A stretch of 64,000 nt of DNA from the NCBI RefSeq assembly GCF_011386835.1, contig NC_088802.1:3038001-3102000 (forward strand), written 5' to 3'. This document shows positions 13,031-24,927 of the stretch, in pieces; positions within the stretch are counted from its first letter, which is position 1, and every line of letters begins with the position of its first letter. Source of the DNA: Chrysemys picta bellii (Eukaryota). The position numbers and the translations under genes were made by a program. The notes beneath the pieces were generated by a model. The model was given only the letters and a program-made list of their open reading frames with translations, made no database searches and was not told the origin of the DNA.

Positions 13031-13196
13031 TTACACCTAGTCTCCTTGCATTCCCATCTCTCTCTGAGTCACTAACCGGCTGCTTATTTTTATACCCTTT
13101 GGCGATCATGTGTCCTGCCCCCCTCTGCAGCTGTCCCTGGCACCAAACCCCTGCCACACCCACCCCGTGTGTGTGTGTGTGTGTTTGTGCCAATGT

Positions 13197-13208
13197 GTAT
13201 ATATATAA
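13197..13208 (+). promoter_or_regulatory. TATA box of the Ly6 gene
   Basis: gtatatatataa lies ~85 bp upstream of the ATG at 13288, which has a good Kozak context (gacgaccATGg). Confidence 0.55.
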
Positions 13209-13287
13209 CGGCACAGATCACAACCAGACTGACTCTCCTCCGACCGCCCAGCCCAAGGACTGTCTGATCTTCCACCCCTCGACGACC

Positions 13288-15749
13288 ATGGGCAAAGTCC
13301 TCCTTCTGTGCCTGGCCGCGCTGAGCTTTGTCGGGATCGGTAAGCCCCAGCCCTACCCCACACAAATCCCCCCCCCAACTCCCTCTCCTCCCCTAGGAAA
13401 ATCTCCCCCTTCCCTCTGTCTTTGCCAGGTTCCCTTCCGAGCCCTGGGGGAGAATTTTGCCACTCAACAAACCAAATTGGGGGGGGGGGCAGGAAAGTGG
13501 CTCTGAACAGTGCAGTTTGGAAGTGGGGGGGGGCTCCTCCCCTTTGAGCCTGTGGTTCAACTCCCTCAGTGCCCCCCCCCCCCAGCCATGGGGCTCAGAG
13601 GGGCTCACGGGTTTTAGGGATTACACCTCCGCTCTCTGGCTGCAAATTGGCGAAGATTCACCCCACCGCTGCCACCAATCTGGAGCTGGGAGTAGCCCAT
13701 CCCCATGACTTTCCTGCTAGCTCCCAAGTCTGCCCACTTCCCAGCCCCCCTCGTCAGCAGATGGTCCCCCAAACTCATGGCTTTTCTTGAGGCCCCAGGA
13801 TATAGGCAGAACCCTCCCCCTACACGCACACTTGCATTTTCTGTGGGAAACTGCACCCCCTATTTTCTATTGCCCCCTAATTTTCCCCCCAGGTCGTGCC
13901 CCACCCAACAGACTCACCCGCAACCCTGATTAAACCTGCCTTTAAAAATTGTTCCACCCGCCCAGTTGTTGCACTCCCAGGAGAGGGACTTTAGTAGGAT
14001 GGGGGGGCAGGCTGGGAGCCAGGACTCCTGGGTTCTCTCCCTGGCTCTGGGAGCAGAGTGGGATCTAGTGGTTAGAGCAGCGGGGCTGGAAGCCACGACT
14101 CCGGGGTTCTTTCCCTGGCTCTGGGAGGGGCATGGGGTCTAGTGATTAGAGCGGGGGGGCTGGGAGCCTGGACTCCTGGGTTCTCTCCCCGGCTCTAGCA
14201 GTGGGTTGGGGTGTAGTGGTTAGACCGGGCAGGGAAGCCAGGACTCCTGGGTTCTTTTCCAGCAGACAATTCCCTTTCTTCAACCTACAGTTTGGAAATA
14301 GGGCGGGGGGGGGGGGCTGTTTTCCTGCTTCCTCACCAGTCCAGGGCACACACCAAGCTCTGCTCGGGTCGCCCACCCCTGCCATTTCCCCTCCAAGGGG
14401 GCAGCTGGGAGATCTCTTGTCCTCGGCCCGGGCTCAGGAGCTGGGGGGACCCAGAGCCCAGCGAGCAAGGGAATTTCTGTGCAGCGGACACACACCAGCA
14501 GGGACACACACCCGCCTGACACACGGGAAAGGCATTTGGATTTGGTTTGGCCTTGAGTCCAATTTTCCAGGCTTGGTTGTTTTTCCCGTGGTTTGAAATC
14601 TCGCTTGCCAAAACACACCCAGCTTTTCACGGGTGTGTTTTGTGTGCTGTTGTGTTGTGTGTGTGCCTGGCTTTGTGTTGTGTGTGCTGCACTGGTTCTT
14701 TGTGGCACGTCCCCATGGGTTTGTGTATGTGTCGTCGTGTTTGGCGTGCCTGTGTTTGTGCCTCATTTGTATTTGTGTGCTTTTGTGTTTTGTTTGTGCT
14801 GGTGGGGTTTTGTGGGCCCATGTTTGTATTATGTGGGTGTGTCCTTCTTGGCGTGTTTTTGCGGGTGTCTGTGGTTGGTTTACAGCTGTGTATTTTGTGT
14901 GTTTGTGTCATGTTTCGGATGGCTGTTGAGTGAACCTGTGTCGCTTCCAATGTGCACACACACCTCGCTTTGTAAGGCTAGCCCTGTGTTTGTGTGGTGT
15001 GCAGCATTGTGCTTGGGTATTGTCTGTGTCTATACAACTGTGTTGTTGTGCATCTCAGTGTTTTTGTGTAACTCCTGTGTGTTGGGTGAAAATAATTGGA
15101 GTACTCATATCAGGATGCGTGTGAATTCCAGAATTGAGCTGTTTTTACAGGGGCAGGGCTAAATATAAAACTGTTGTTATCTATCCCACCGCTGCCACCA
15201 ATGCTAGTAAATCTGATCATTGCACCCTCCCCAATAGCCCCAAAAGGAGATAGACTTGGTCTCATCCTTTCTCGCTCTGTTCCCAGGAGCAGCCCTGCAG
15301 TGCCTGAAATGCGACTTCACCGTATTTGGCATCCCCTGCCACACCACCACCGTCACCTGCAAGGACGACCAGCTCTGCGCTATCATCCGGGGCCGTGCAG
15401 GTAACACCCCTTCCTCCTCGCCAGCTCCCTCTTCCAGTTCCTCATCCTCTCTCCTCTTCCGTTTCTCTCGTGTCCCCTCGTTCTCTGGCCCTCTGCATTT
15501 CTCTCTGTCTCATTCCCTCTTTCTCGCTCTCTCCCCACAGCCGGCCACAAGCTGATCATGAAGAAGAACTGCGTTGACAAGGGGAAATGCCACACCAACG
15601 ACACCTCGTCCTTCGCGGGCATCACCTACAGCACCTCCTACGAGTGCTGCGAGGGCGAATTCTGCAACTCGGCCGCGGGCGCCGGGGCCCAGCTCTCCCT
15701 GGCCGCAGGGCTGGCCATGCTGGGGGCCTGGCTCGCCCGGGGCCTCTAA
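13288..15749 (+). CDS. Ly6/uPAR three-finger GPI-anchored protein (LY6G6 family by position), 124 aa
   Basis: Exons 13288-13339 (signal peptide MGKVLLLCLAALSFVGI), 15287-15400 and 15541-15749, with GT-AG introns in phases 1 and 1. Ten cysteines, LQCLKC start, CCEGEFCN end, then a hydrophobic GPI signal. Opposite strand to LY6G6F, as for mammalian LY6G6E, but exact orthology is not established. Confidence 0.93.
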
Positions 15750-18181
15750 TCCCTGCTCTAGAAGCCGGGAGAGAAGAGGAAATAATTTCTGTTGGGGGGC
15801 AAAAAAAATCCATCTGACCTTGCCTTTAAATAGCCCTGCCCCTTTTCTTCTTAAAGGGGCACTTGTTAGCCAGAGGTGAGACCCAATCTTTGGCCTTTTC
15901 TTGGTCGTCTTAAATCATTATAACCTGGGGACGAAGGGGAAAGACCCTCGGGGTCTGTCCGGAGAAGGAAAATATATCCCCCATTCTTTCGTGGTGGCCC
16001 CCTGAACTTTTTCACTCGTTCATTCTGTTTCTTTTTGTCAAGTCTCACTCTCGGTCTGATAAGCTACCCATTGCTGCAGTCTCCAGCCTCCAAACCCGCC
16101 CCAGCTGGCATGCTGCCATTTTTATGTAACCCCGCCCCCCCGCAAAAAAAATCCAAGGCGAGCAGCTGAATTTCCCACCTGTCCCTGCCGGCTCCCGATG
16201 ACACAGGACTGTCAATGAGGGAGCCGCAGCCTGTGGACAAATGTACCTTTAAGAATGGGGCGCTGCGGCACCGTCCCCTGCCTTGAGCCCCCTCGCTGCA
16301 GCTGCCAATGCCCCATTGGTGGCAGCGGTGGGATCTGCGGGGGCTGCAGCTGGGGTCAGATGCCCTGGCTCCAGCTGTCCAGGCCTCTGTATTCCTCCCT
16401 CTGCCTTCCCCCCCTCATGCTCACTGGCACTACAGACATCTGGTGCCAGATATTCACTGCCTTCCGCACCGGCCCCGCCGGCACCTGGGGGCAGCACTTC
16501 TGCTCGCCAGCCTTGCCCACACCTGGCCCCACATCTTCGCCTGGCTGCAGGGCTGGCATCGGGGCAATGATCACCTGGAGGGTGCTCGGGGGAGGACTCT
16601 GCTTTTCATCCCAATGCCGACAGAGGTTGGGCAGGGGCTAGAAGGGGCCAGGAGCGTTGTATTGCCCCCACACAACGGCACAGCAGCTTGGTGCTGCCCC
16701 CTGCTGGCGCGGGCAGGATCAGCGCCTCGGCTTCCTCTGCTCATGTTCTCCTGAAATGTGTCCAGAATAAATCTTGTCTCGGCTCCGATCGCCCAGCAGT
16801 TGTGACTTTCTTCCTCCCTCCCTCCCGACCCGCAGCCCCTGCTAGCCCAGCCCTGCCCCCCCCCAGCTCTGCCGGTGCCCCTCACTCCTGACCCGCAGCC
16901 CCTGCCAGCCCAGCCCTCCCCTCCCTCCCCCCAGCCCTGCCGGTGCCCCTCATTCCCGACCCGCAGTCCCTGCTAACCCAGCCCTGCCCCCCACAGCTCT
17001 GCCGGTGCCCCTCACTCCCGACCCGCAGCCCCTGCCAGTCCAGCCCTGCCCCCCCCCCCAGCTCTGCCGGTGCCCCTCACTCCCGACCCGCAGCCCCTGC
17101 CAGCCCAGCCCTGCCCCCCCAGCTCTACCGGTGCCCCTCACTCCCGACCCGCAGCCCCTGCTACCCCAGCCCTGGGCTCCCCCCATTCCCAGCTCTCTGA
17201 AATGCCCTGTGGGTTGGAGCTGAGACACACAAGGCCTGTGGCTGGGGCATGACTCAGAGCTCTGTTGTTGTGGTGTTCGCACTGGGCGTATGTGCGGGTG
17301 ATCAGAAATTCCCCGTGCTGCACACGGAGTTAGCGCCCAGAGCCGGGCGTGAGCAGACAGGCTGGGAGCTCGGCAGCAGGTGGGGCTGGGTGCTGGGGGG
17401 TGAGATTGTGGAGCCGGGCGCAGTGACGCAGTGTGCCTGTGTACCGGTGAATTTGTGCTGTGTGTGCTGTGAAATTGTGGACCAGGACACAGTGCGGTTG
17501 TGTTGTGTGTGGTGTGTATTTGTTCTCCTGAAACGCGTCCAGAATAAATCCTGTCTCGGCTCCGATCGCCAGCAGTTGTGACTTTGTTCCCAAACCGCAG
17601 CCCCCTGGCGGCGCGTGGGGGGCAGGGCACAGTGCAGGTGTGTGGGGGGGGGGTGCACAGGGTGTGCGTGCGGAGCAGGGCACGGTGCGGCTGTGTTGTG
17701 TGGCCGCGTCTGTCACAGGTGGGGCTGGGGTTTTGTGTGGGTGTCATTGGGTGTAGTAGTGTAAGTGTGTGTGTAATTGTGTTGTGTGTAGCTGGGTTTC
17801 TGTGTTGGTTTTGCTGCATAGTTATAGGTGTGGGGGGGTTGTTTTATTGTGTATATGTGCATTTCTGTGTGTGTTTGTGATTCTCTGTGTGTGTGACTAT
17901 GTTGTTGTGTGTAACTTTGTGTCTGTGTGATTGTGTTGTGTGTTTCTGTCTTGCTCTCGGTGTAGCTACTTTTCTGTATGTCTGTTTTATTGTGGGTGTA
18001 TGATTGTGTTATTGTGGGGGGTTCTCTGTCAGTGTGTGTGGTGTGTGATTGTGTTATTGTGGGGGGTTCTCTGTCAGTGTGTGTGGTGTGTGATTGTGTT
18101 ATTGGGGGGTTCTCTGTCAGTGTGTGTGATGTGTGATTGCGTTATTGGGAGAGCTGTGTGTGTGTGTGTGATTGTGATTGT

Positions 18182-19279
18182 GGCAGTTCTGTCCCCCAGG
18201 GATCTGTACTGGCCCCAGTCCTATTTAACATATTCATAAACGATCTGGAAAAAGGGGTAAACAGAGAGGCCAAAATTTGCAGACGATACAAAACCACTCA
18301 AGATAGTTCAGTCCCAGGCAGACTGCGAAGAGCTACAAAAGGATCTCACAAAACTGGGTGACTGGGCAACCAAATGGCAGATGAAATTCAGTGTTGATAA
18401 ATGCAAAGTAATGCACACTGGAAAACACAATCCCAACTAGACATATACAATGACGGGGTCTAAATGAGTTGTTCCCACTCAAGAAAGATCCTGGAGTCAC
18501 TGTGGAGAGTTCTCTGAACTCATCCACTCAATGCGCAGCGGGGTCAAAGAAGCAGAACAGCATGTTGGGAATCATCAAGAAAGGGAGAGCGAATAAGACA
18601 GAAAATATCATGTTGCCGCTATATAAACGCATGGGATGCCCACACCTTGAACACTGCGTGCAGATGTGGTCGCCCCAGCTCAACAAAGATCGATTGGAAT
18701 TGGAAAAGGTTCAGAAAAGGGCAACAAAACTGCTGAGGGGTGTGGAACGGCTGCCGTATGAGGAGAGATGAATGAGATTGGAACTTTACAGCTTGGAAAA
18801 CAGATGACTAAGGGGGATAAGCTAGAGGTTTATAAAATCATGCCTGGTGTGGAGAAAGTGAATAAGGAAGTGTTATTTACTTCTTCTCATCACACAAAAA
18901 CTAGGGGCCACCAAATGAAATGACTAGGCAGCAGGTTTAAAACAAACACAAGAAAGTATTTTTTCACGCAACACACTGTTAACCTGTGGAACTCCTTGTC
19001 AGAGGATGTTGTGGAGGCTAAGACTATAATGGGGTTCAAAAGGGAGCTAGATCAATTCCTGGAGGATAGGTCCATCAATGGCTATTAGCCAGGCTGGGCA
19101 GGGATGGTGGCCCCAGCCTCTGTTTGCCAGAAGCTGGGAATGGGTGACAGGGGCTGGATCACTTGATGATTCCCTGTTCTGTTCATTCCCTCTGGGGCAC
19201 CTGGCATTGGCCATTGTTGGTAGACAGGATACTGGGCTGGATAGACCATTGGTCTGACCCAGTCTGGCCGTTCTTATGT
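18182..19279 (+). mobile_element. CR1 LINE, 5'-truncated 3' fragment
   Basis: Degenerate RT motifs (VPQGSVLAPVLFNIFINDLEKGV...FADDTK; MLPLYK..PHLEHCVQMWSP) followed by a 3' UTR ending ttcttatgt. Confidence 0.93.
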
Positions 19280-19917
19280 CCTCTGTGTGTGTGTTTGTGT
19301 TATTGTGTGTGGGGGGGGTTATGTGTGTGTGTGTTTGTTTGATTGTGGGGGGTTCTCTGTGGTTGTGATTGTGTTATGAGTTTTGTGTGTGTGTGTGTCT
19401 GGTTTTCTGTGTGTGCGACTATGTTATTGTGTCTGTGTCTGTTCCTGTGCGTGTGTGTCTGTGAGGATTATGTTGTTGTGTGTGTGTGTGTGTGACTGTT
19501 ATTATGTCTGGTTTTCTGTGTGTGTGTGCATGGTTGTGTATGTGTGTGATTGTGTCTGACTCTTGTTCTGTGTGTATGTGCATGCGTGGTTGTGTGTGTG
19601 TGGATCTGTGTGATTGTGCCTGAGTCTAGGTCTGTGTGTGTCTGTGATTGTGATTGTGTTATTGTGTCTGATTTTCGGCGTGTGTGTGTGCATAGTTGTG
19701 CGTGTGTGTGTATGAGATTACGTCTGAGTCTGTGCGTGCGGTTGTGGTTGGGTGGCTGTGTGTGTGTGGTTTTGGTAGGGAGTGTGCGTGCATGTGGTTG
19801 TGTGCGTGCATTTGTGATCGCGTCTGCTTCTGTTTGTGCGGTTGTGGTTGGATGTATGTGGTTGTGTGTTCTCTCTCTCAGCCCCACACTCCCATCACAA
19901 ACTCTGCTCCATTCTCC

Positions 19918-19923
19918 TTTATT
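19918..19923 (-). terminator. AATAAA polyadenylation signal of LY6G6F
   Basis: tttatt on the + strand, ~250 bp past the predicted stop at 20175. Confidence 0.6.
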
Positions 19924-20174
19924 CTCCACTCCAAACCCCCCCAAACCGCCCAGTCCCCATCTGTCACCCCAGCCCCCATGGGGCGGGGAAGGCGGAGGGC
20001 CGGACGTCTGGGTTCCTCTTCCAGCTCTTCCCCTTGGAAAGCCCCTGGTGGCCTCAGGGAGCCTCCGACCCGCCCTGTGGGGGGCGCTGGGTGTTGACAC
20101 GCGGCTCGGCCCCGCCCGGACCCCGACACAGAGCTCGAGGGGCGGGGGTCGCTCCACAGGGGTTGACGGGGCCA

Positions 20175-23100
20175 TCATGGCTGGACAAGATCAGTGCCCC
20201 CTGCTGGGATGACAGGAGCCCACAGACACCCCTGAAACGGGGCTGGCTCAGGGGGTGGGGAATGGGGCAGGGGTCTGTCCCCTCTAGGGGGCGCTGGCTC
20301 CCATCCGGCCCCAGGGCAGGGACTGGCTGGCTCAGGGGGCGGGGAATGGGGCAGGGGCCTGTCCCCTCTAGGGGACACCGGCTCCCATCCTGCCCCAGGC
20401 CAGAGACTGGCTGGCTCAGGGGGGCGGGGAATGGGGCAAGGGTCTGTCCCCTCTAGGGGGCGCTGGCTCCCATCTGGCCCCAGGGCAGGGACTGGCTGGC
20501 TCAGGGGGGCGGGGAATGGGGTAGGGGCCTGTCCCCTCTAGGGGGCGCCGGCTCCCATCCCGCCCCAGGGCAGGGACTGGCTGGCTCAGGGGACAGGGAA
20601 TGGGGCAGGGGTCTGTCCCCTCTAGGGGGGGGCGGCTCCCATCCGGCCCCAGGGCAGGGACTGGCTGGCTCGGGGGGCGGGGAATGGGGCAGGGGCCTGT
20701 CCCCTCTAGGGGACACCGGCTCCCATCCTGCCCCAGGCCAGAGACTGGCTGGCTCAGGGGGGCGGGGAATGGGGCAGGGGTCTGTCCCCTCTAGGAGGCG
20801 CCGGCTCCCATCCGGCCCCAGGGCAGGGACTGGCTGGCTCAGGGGGGTGGGGAATGGGGCAGGGGCTTGTCCCCTCTAGGGGGCGCCAGCTCCCATCCGT
20901 CCCCTGGGCAGGGACTGGCTGGCTATGGGGGGCAGGGAATGGGGCACAGGGCCTGTCCCCCCCAGGGGGCGCCGGCTCCCCACCTGCGTGTCCCAGCCCA
21001 GCCCCACGTTCTCATACAGCTGCGCCTGGGATTTGGGTCCGGGAGGGTCTGGAATAAGAGACAGGAGAGAAACCGCATGAGAATTGATGGGAGCTCCTGG
21101 GGTTGGGGGGAGAGAAATCCCTTCTCCCCCAGGCCCTTGAATGAAGGCAGACACAGCCCTGCCCCCCACCCCACAATGGGGTAGGGGCGAAGGCTGGCTG
21201 CTGCCCCTAGCCCCAGCGGCCCCACAGATCCGTAGTGGGGCACCTACCTGGCTGGGTGTTGGCGGGAAGGTCGTCCAGGTGTGACCTGCAGAGAGAGAAT
21301 TGGGGAACGAGTGAGTGGGGGCCTCCCTACTGAGCTTCAGGGATGGGACCCAGGGGTCCTGGTGCCCAGCCCCCCCCCCTCTAATCACTGGACCCCACTC
21401 CCCTCCCAGAGCCGGGGCGAGAACTCAGGAGTCCTGGCTCCCAGCCCCCCCTGCTCTAACCACTAGCCCCCGCTCCCCTCCCAGAGCCGGAGAGAGAACC
21501 CAGGAGTCCTGGCTCCCAGCCCCCCCTGCTCTAACCACTAGCCCCCACTCCCCTCCCAGAGCCGGGGCGAGAACTCAGGAGTCCTGGCTCCCAGCCCCCC
21601 TGCTCTAACCACTAGCCCCCGCTCCCCTCCCAGAGCCGGAGAGAGAACCCAGGAGTCCTGGCTCCCAGCCCCCCTGCTCTAACCCATCAGACCCCACTCC
21701 CCGCTCCCCACCAGTACTTACCTCCGGTCCAGCTGCCCCCGCCTCCACAGCGCCGCCCCCAAGGCAAGGAGGAGCAGGAACTCCAGCGCTGCGCACACGG
21801 CCAGGGGGATCCAGGCGGAGCTACAGGCGGGTCCCCCCATGTTGGGGGCAGGGGGGTCCTTCCCTGCTCCCATCGCCCGGGAAAAACACAAGGGGTGAGT
21901 GAGGAACAGAACCCCGGAGTCCTGGCTCCCAGCCCCCCCTGCTCTAACCACGAGACCCCACTCCCCTCCCAAAGCTGGGGAGAAAACCCAGGAGTCCTGG
22001 CTCCCAGCCCCCCCGCTCTAACCTACCAGACCCCACTCCCCTCCCAGAGCCGGGGAGAGAACCCAGGAATCCTGGCTCCCAGCCCCCCCTGCTCTAACCT
22101 ACCAGACCCCACTCCCCTCCCAGAGCTGGGGAGAGAACCCAGGAATCCTGGCTCCCAGCCCCCCCTGCTCTAACCTACCAGACCCCACTCCCCTCCCAGA
22201 GCCGGGGAGAGAACCCAGGAATCCTGGCTCCCAGCCCCCCCTGCTCTAACCTACCAGACCCCACTCCCCTCCCAGAGCTGGGGAGAGAACCCAGGAGTCC
22301 TGGCTCCCAGCCCCCCCCTCCCCCACTCCCTACCCAGAGAACCCCAGTGTCCTGGCCCCATCCCTACCGGCGAGGTTGAAGGTGACCTGCAGGCCGTTCA
22401 CCTCACACTTGACCCGTTTTTTCTTCTTCCTGGCCCCCTGGTCGCTCGTGTTCCAGCAGGCCTGGAGCAGCGCCGCCCGCGAGCCCGAGAAGACGAGGTG
22501 CCGGCCCTGCCCGTCGCTGTCCTGCGCCCGCTGCCCGTCGACCCGCCATGTCACCGCCGGCAGCGCCTGCCGGTCCAAGATCGCGCAGGAGAACTGGTGG
22601 CAGGTCATGTTGGTGTGGCCGGTCGTCAGCGCCATCTGGGTCCCTGCAGGGACAGTTAGGCAATGGGGTGGGGAATGGGGCAGGGGCCTGTCCCCTCTCG
22701 GGGGTGCCGGCTCCCATCCAGCCCCAGGACGGGGACTGGCTGGCTCAGGGAGGTGGGAATGGGGCAGGGGCCTGTCCCCTCTCGGGGGTGCCGGCTCCCA
22801 TCCAGCCCCAGGACGGGGACTGGCTGGCTCAGGGGGGTGGGAATGGGGCAGGGGCCTGTCCCCTCTAGGGGGTGCCGGCTCCCATCCGGCCCCAGGACGG
22901 GGACTGGCTGGCTCAGGGGGGTGGGAATGGGGCACAGGGCCTATCCCCTCTAGGGGGCGCCAGCCGCGACCCACCTGTGACAACATTCAGGTGGTAGGTG
23001 TTGCGGGTGGCTCCCTGCACCGAACACCAGTAGGTCCCCGTGTCCCCGTCCTCGGCCCCCCGCAGGTACAGGGAGTGGTTGCGGAACACGGAGAGCCGCT

Positions 23101-23529
23101 CCCTGGCCTCCGTCTCCTTCTGGGCCTGACCCGCCGCGCCCCGGAATAATGGCACTGACGAGGACCCAGGAACACCAGCATTGTAGGACCACGTCACCTC
23201 TTCCGTGCCCGGGAGAGACTCGACCAGGCCGCAAGGGAGCTCCCGGTCCTGCCCCTTCTGGACGTAGGCATCTGCGGGGAGGGGGATTCACAGGGGTTAG
23301 ATTTCCTGTCACTGAGATGCCACTGACTCTGGGGTGGGGCAGCTATTTACACAGGGACCCCTCACCGGGCGCTGAGATGCAGCCACCTCTGGGGTGGGGC
23401 GGCTGTTTATACAGGGACCCCTCTCCCGGCCCTGTGATGCAGTCTGGGGTGGCCAATAAAAAGCAGGTTTTTACCTTCCTCTCTGGTGAGTTGCAGCTGG
23501 AGAAGGAGTAAGATCCAGATGGGGGTCAT
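20175..23529 (-). CDS. LY6G6F: Lymphocyte antigen 6 family member G6F (G6f): signal, IgV, IgC2, TM, YEN tail
   Basis: Exons 23529-23475, 23271-22975, 22643-22368, 21863-21722, 21285-21248, 21048-20984 and 20231-20175 (last one tentative); phases 1,1,1,2,1,0. Motifs RLSVFRNHSLYLRGAEDGDTGTYWCSV, VFSGSRAALLQAC and QLYENV parallel recalled human G6f (RLRLLGNYSLWLEGSKEEDAGRYWCAV, SFWGSEAALLLVC, QVYENI). Head-to-head with ABHD16A as in mammals. Confidence 0.88.
20240..20980. repeat. ~84-bp minisatellite (ggggaatggggcaggggcctgtcccctctagggggcgccggctcccatcc...)
   Basis: About 8-9 tandem units in LY6G6F intron 6. Same family at 22660-22960 (intron 2) and 10380-10500. Confidence 0.93.
21380..22330 (-). 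repeat. Tandem arrays of the ~72-bp tRNA/SINE-head-like unit in LY6G6F introns 3 and 4
   Basis: Reverse complement of ggtctagtggttagagcagggggctgggagccaggactcctgggttctctcccc repeated either side of the TM exon. Confidence 0.9.
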
Positions 23530-24927
23530 GATGCCCCGAATGCCGGGGTCCTTCTGTGGGGCACCACCTTGGCACTCTATCTCCAAGACCCAAGGAGGAA
23601 GAGACCGAAATAGAGCCGGACGTAGCTGTCTCCGGAGTGACTTGGGGGTTTGGTGGCCGGCTTATCAGGGACGTACAGCAGCAGCGTAGGAGTGGGAAGG
23701 GGGCGTGAGAGAGAGGGAAAGGGGAGTGGTGTGATCCACCCCAGAGATGGCTGCATCTCAGCGCCGGGGGAGAGAATCCCTGTATAAACAGCTGCCCCAC
23801 CCCAGAGACGGTCGCACGTCAGCGCGGCAAAACGTCCACCGTGAACCCTCTTTGGAGCTAGAAAATTGGTGTGACTTCAATATGGTGCCACCGATATGGC
23901 TGCCATGTTCCGGAGATTTCCGCCTGCCGACACCAAAATGGCCACCACATCCTGAACCCAAAGCTATTGAGTGGGCATGAGCCCAACAGAGCAACACCAA
24001 CATGGCCACCAGATCTCAAGAGACGCCAACCTGGCTTCGCTCCAATATGGTGACATCAACATGGCCGCCCACGTCCCCACCGAAGAGATGCTGAGTTGGC
24101 AGGAGACCCATAACGGCCAACGCATCCCAGAGAAACTAACTTGGCGTAACCCCAATATGGCGATACCAACATGGCCGACACATCCCAGAGATGCCATCTT
24201 GGCCTAACTCCAATACGATGGCTCCTAAAGGGCCAGCACCTCCCAGAGACGCCATCTTGGCATAGCTCCAGTGTGGCAATACCAAGATGGCCGCCACATC
24301 ATCGGCTCAGAGACGCCAAGTTGGCATGAGACCAATGGCCGACACATCCCAAAGACGCCATCTTGGTATAGCTCCAACATGGCGATACCAACATGGCCGC
24401 CGCATCCCCCAACTCAGAGCCGCCAAGTTGGCATGAGACCAATACAGCCGCTCTAAAATGGCCACTGTGTCCCCACCCCAGCGGCCAGTTGACGCCACCT
24501 CCAAAACGGCTGCCAGGCCCCCATCCAGTTGGCGTGACCCCTGCCCGCCATCCCCCTATGCTGGCACCAAAATGGCTGCCCAGAGTTGGTATTACTCCCA
24601 ACATGGCCGCTGCGTCCCCACCCTGGAGGTGCCAGGCTGGTGCGACCCAGGCCGTAGTCGTGGCAACACCCCCTTTCGTCCCCCACCACAGGACTAAATT
24701 TGAGGGGGAGAGGGAAGGGGGAAATGGACGCCTGTCCCTTTAAGAGCGGGGGGAGGGGGGACGAGAAAACGGCCGCTTGTCCCTTTAAGATCCGTCTCCC
24801 AGAGGGAAGCGTTCTGAAATCCCCTGGTTAAGTCTGTCCGCCGCGGGCTCCTGTAGAGAACCCGGAAGTGGAGTTAATCCCCCCGCCCCCCTCGTCCACC
24901 CGGCCCCCGGCTTTGGTCCGGGCCAAG
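23530..24927. promoter_or_regulatory. Divergent LY6G6F / ABHD16A promoter region
   Basis: GATA site (cttatca, 23661-23667) near the LY6G6F start; ETS/GABP site CCGGAAGTG at 24862-24870; two ccctttaag motifs; YY1 motif CAAGATGGCG overlapping the ABHD16A ATG; no TATA box evident. Confidence 0.7.

Noticed and set aside
12922-19900. Cys/Val-rich or His/Thr-rich ORFs
   Set aside because: Translations of (TG)n/(CA)n tracts.
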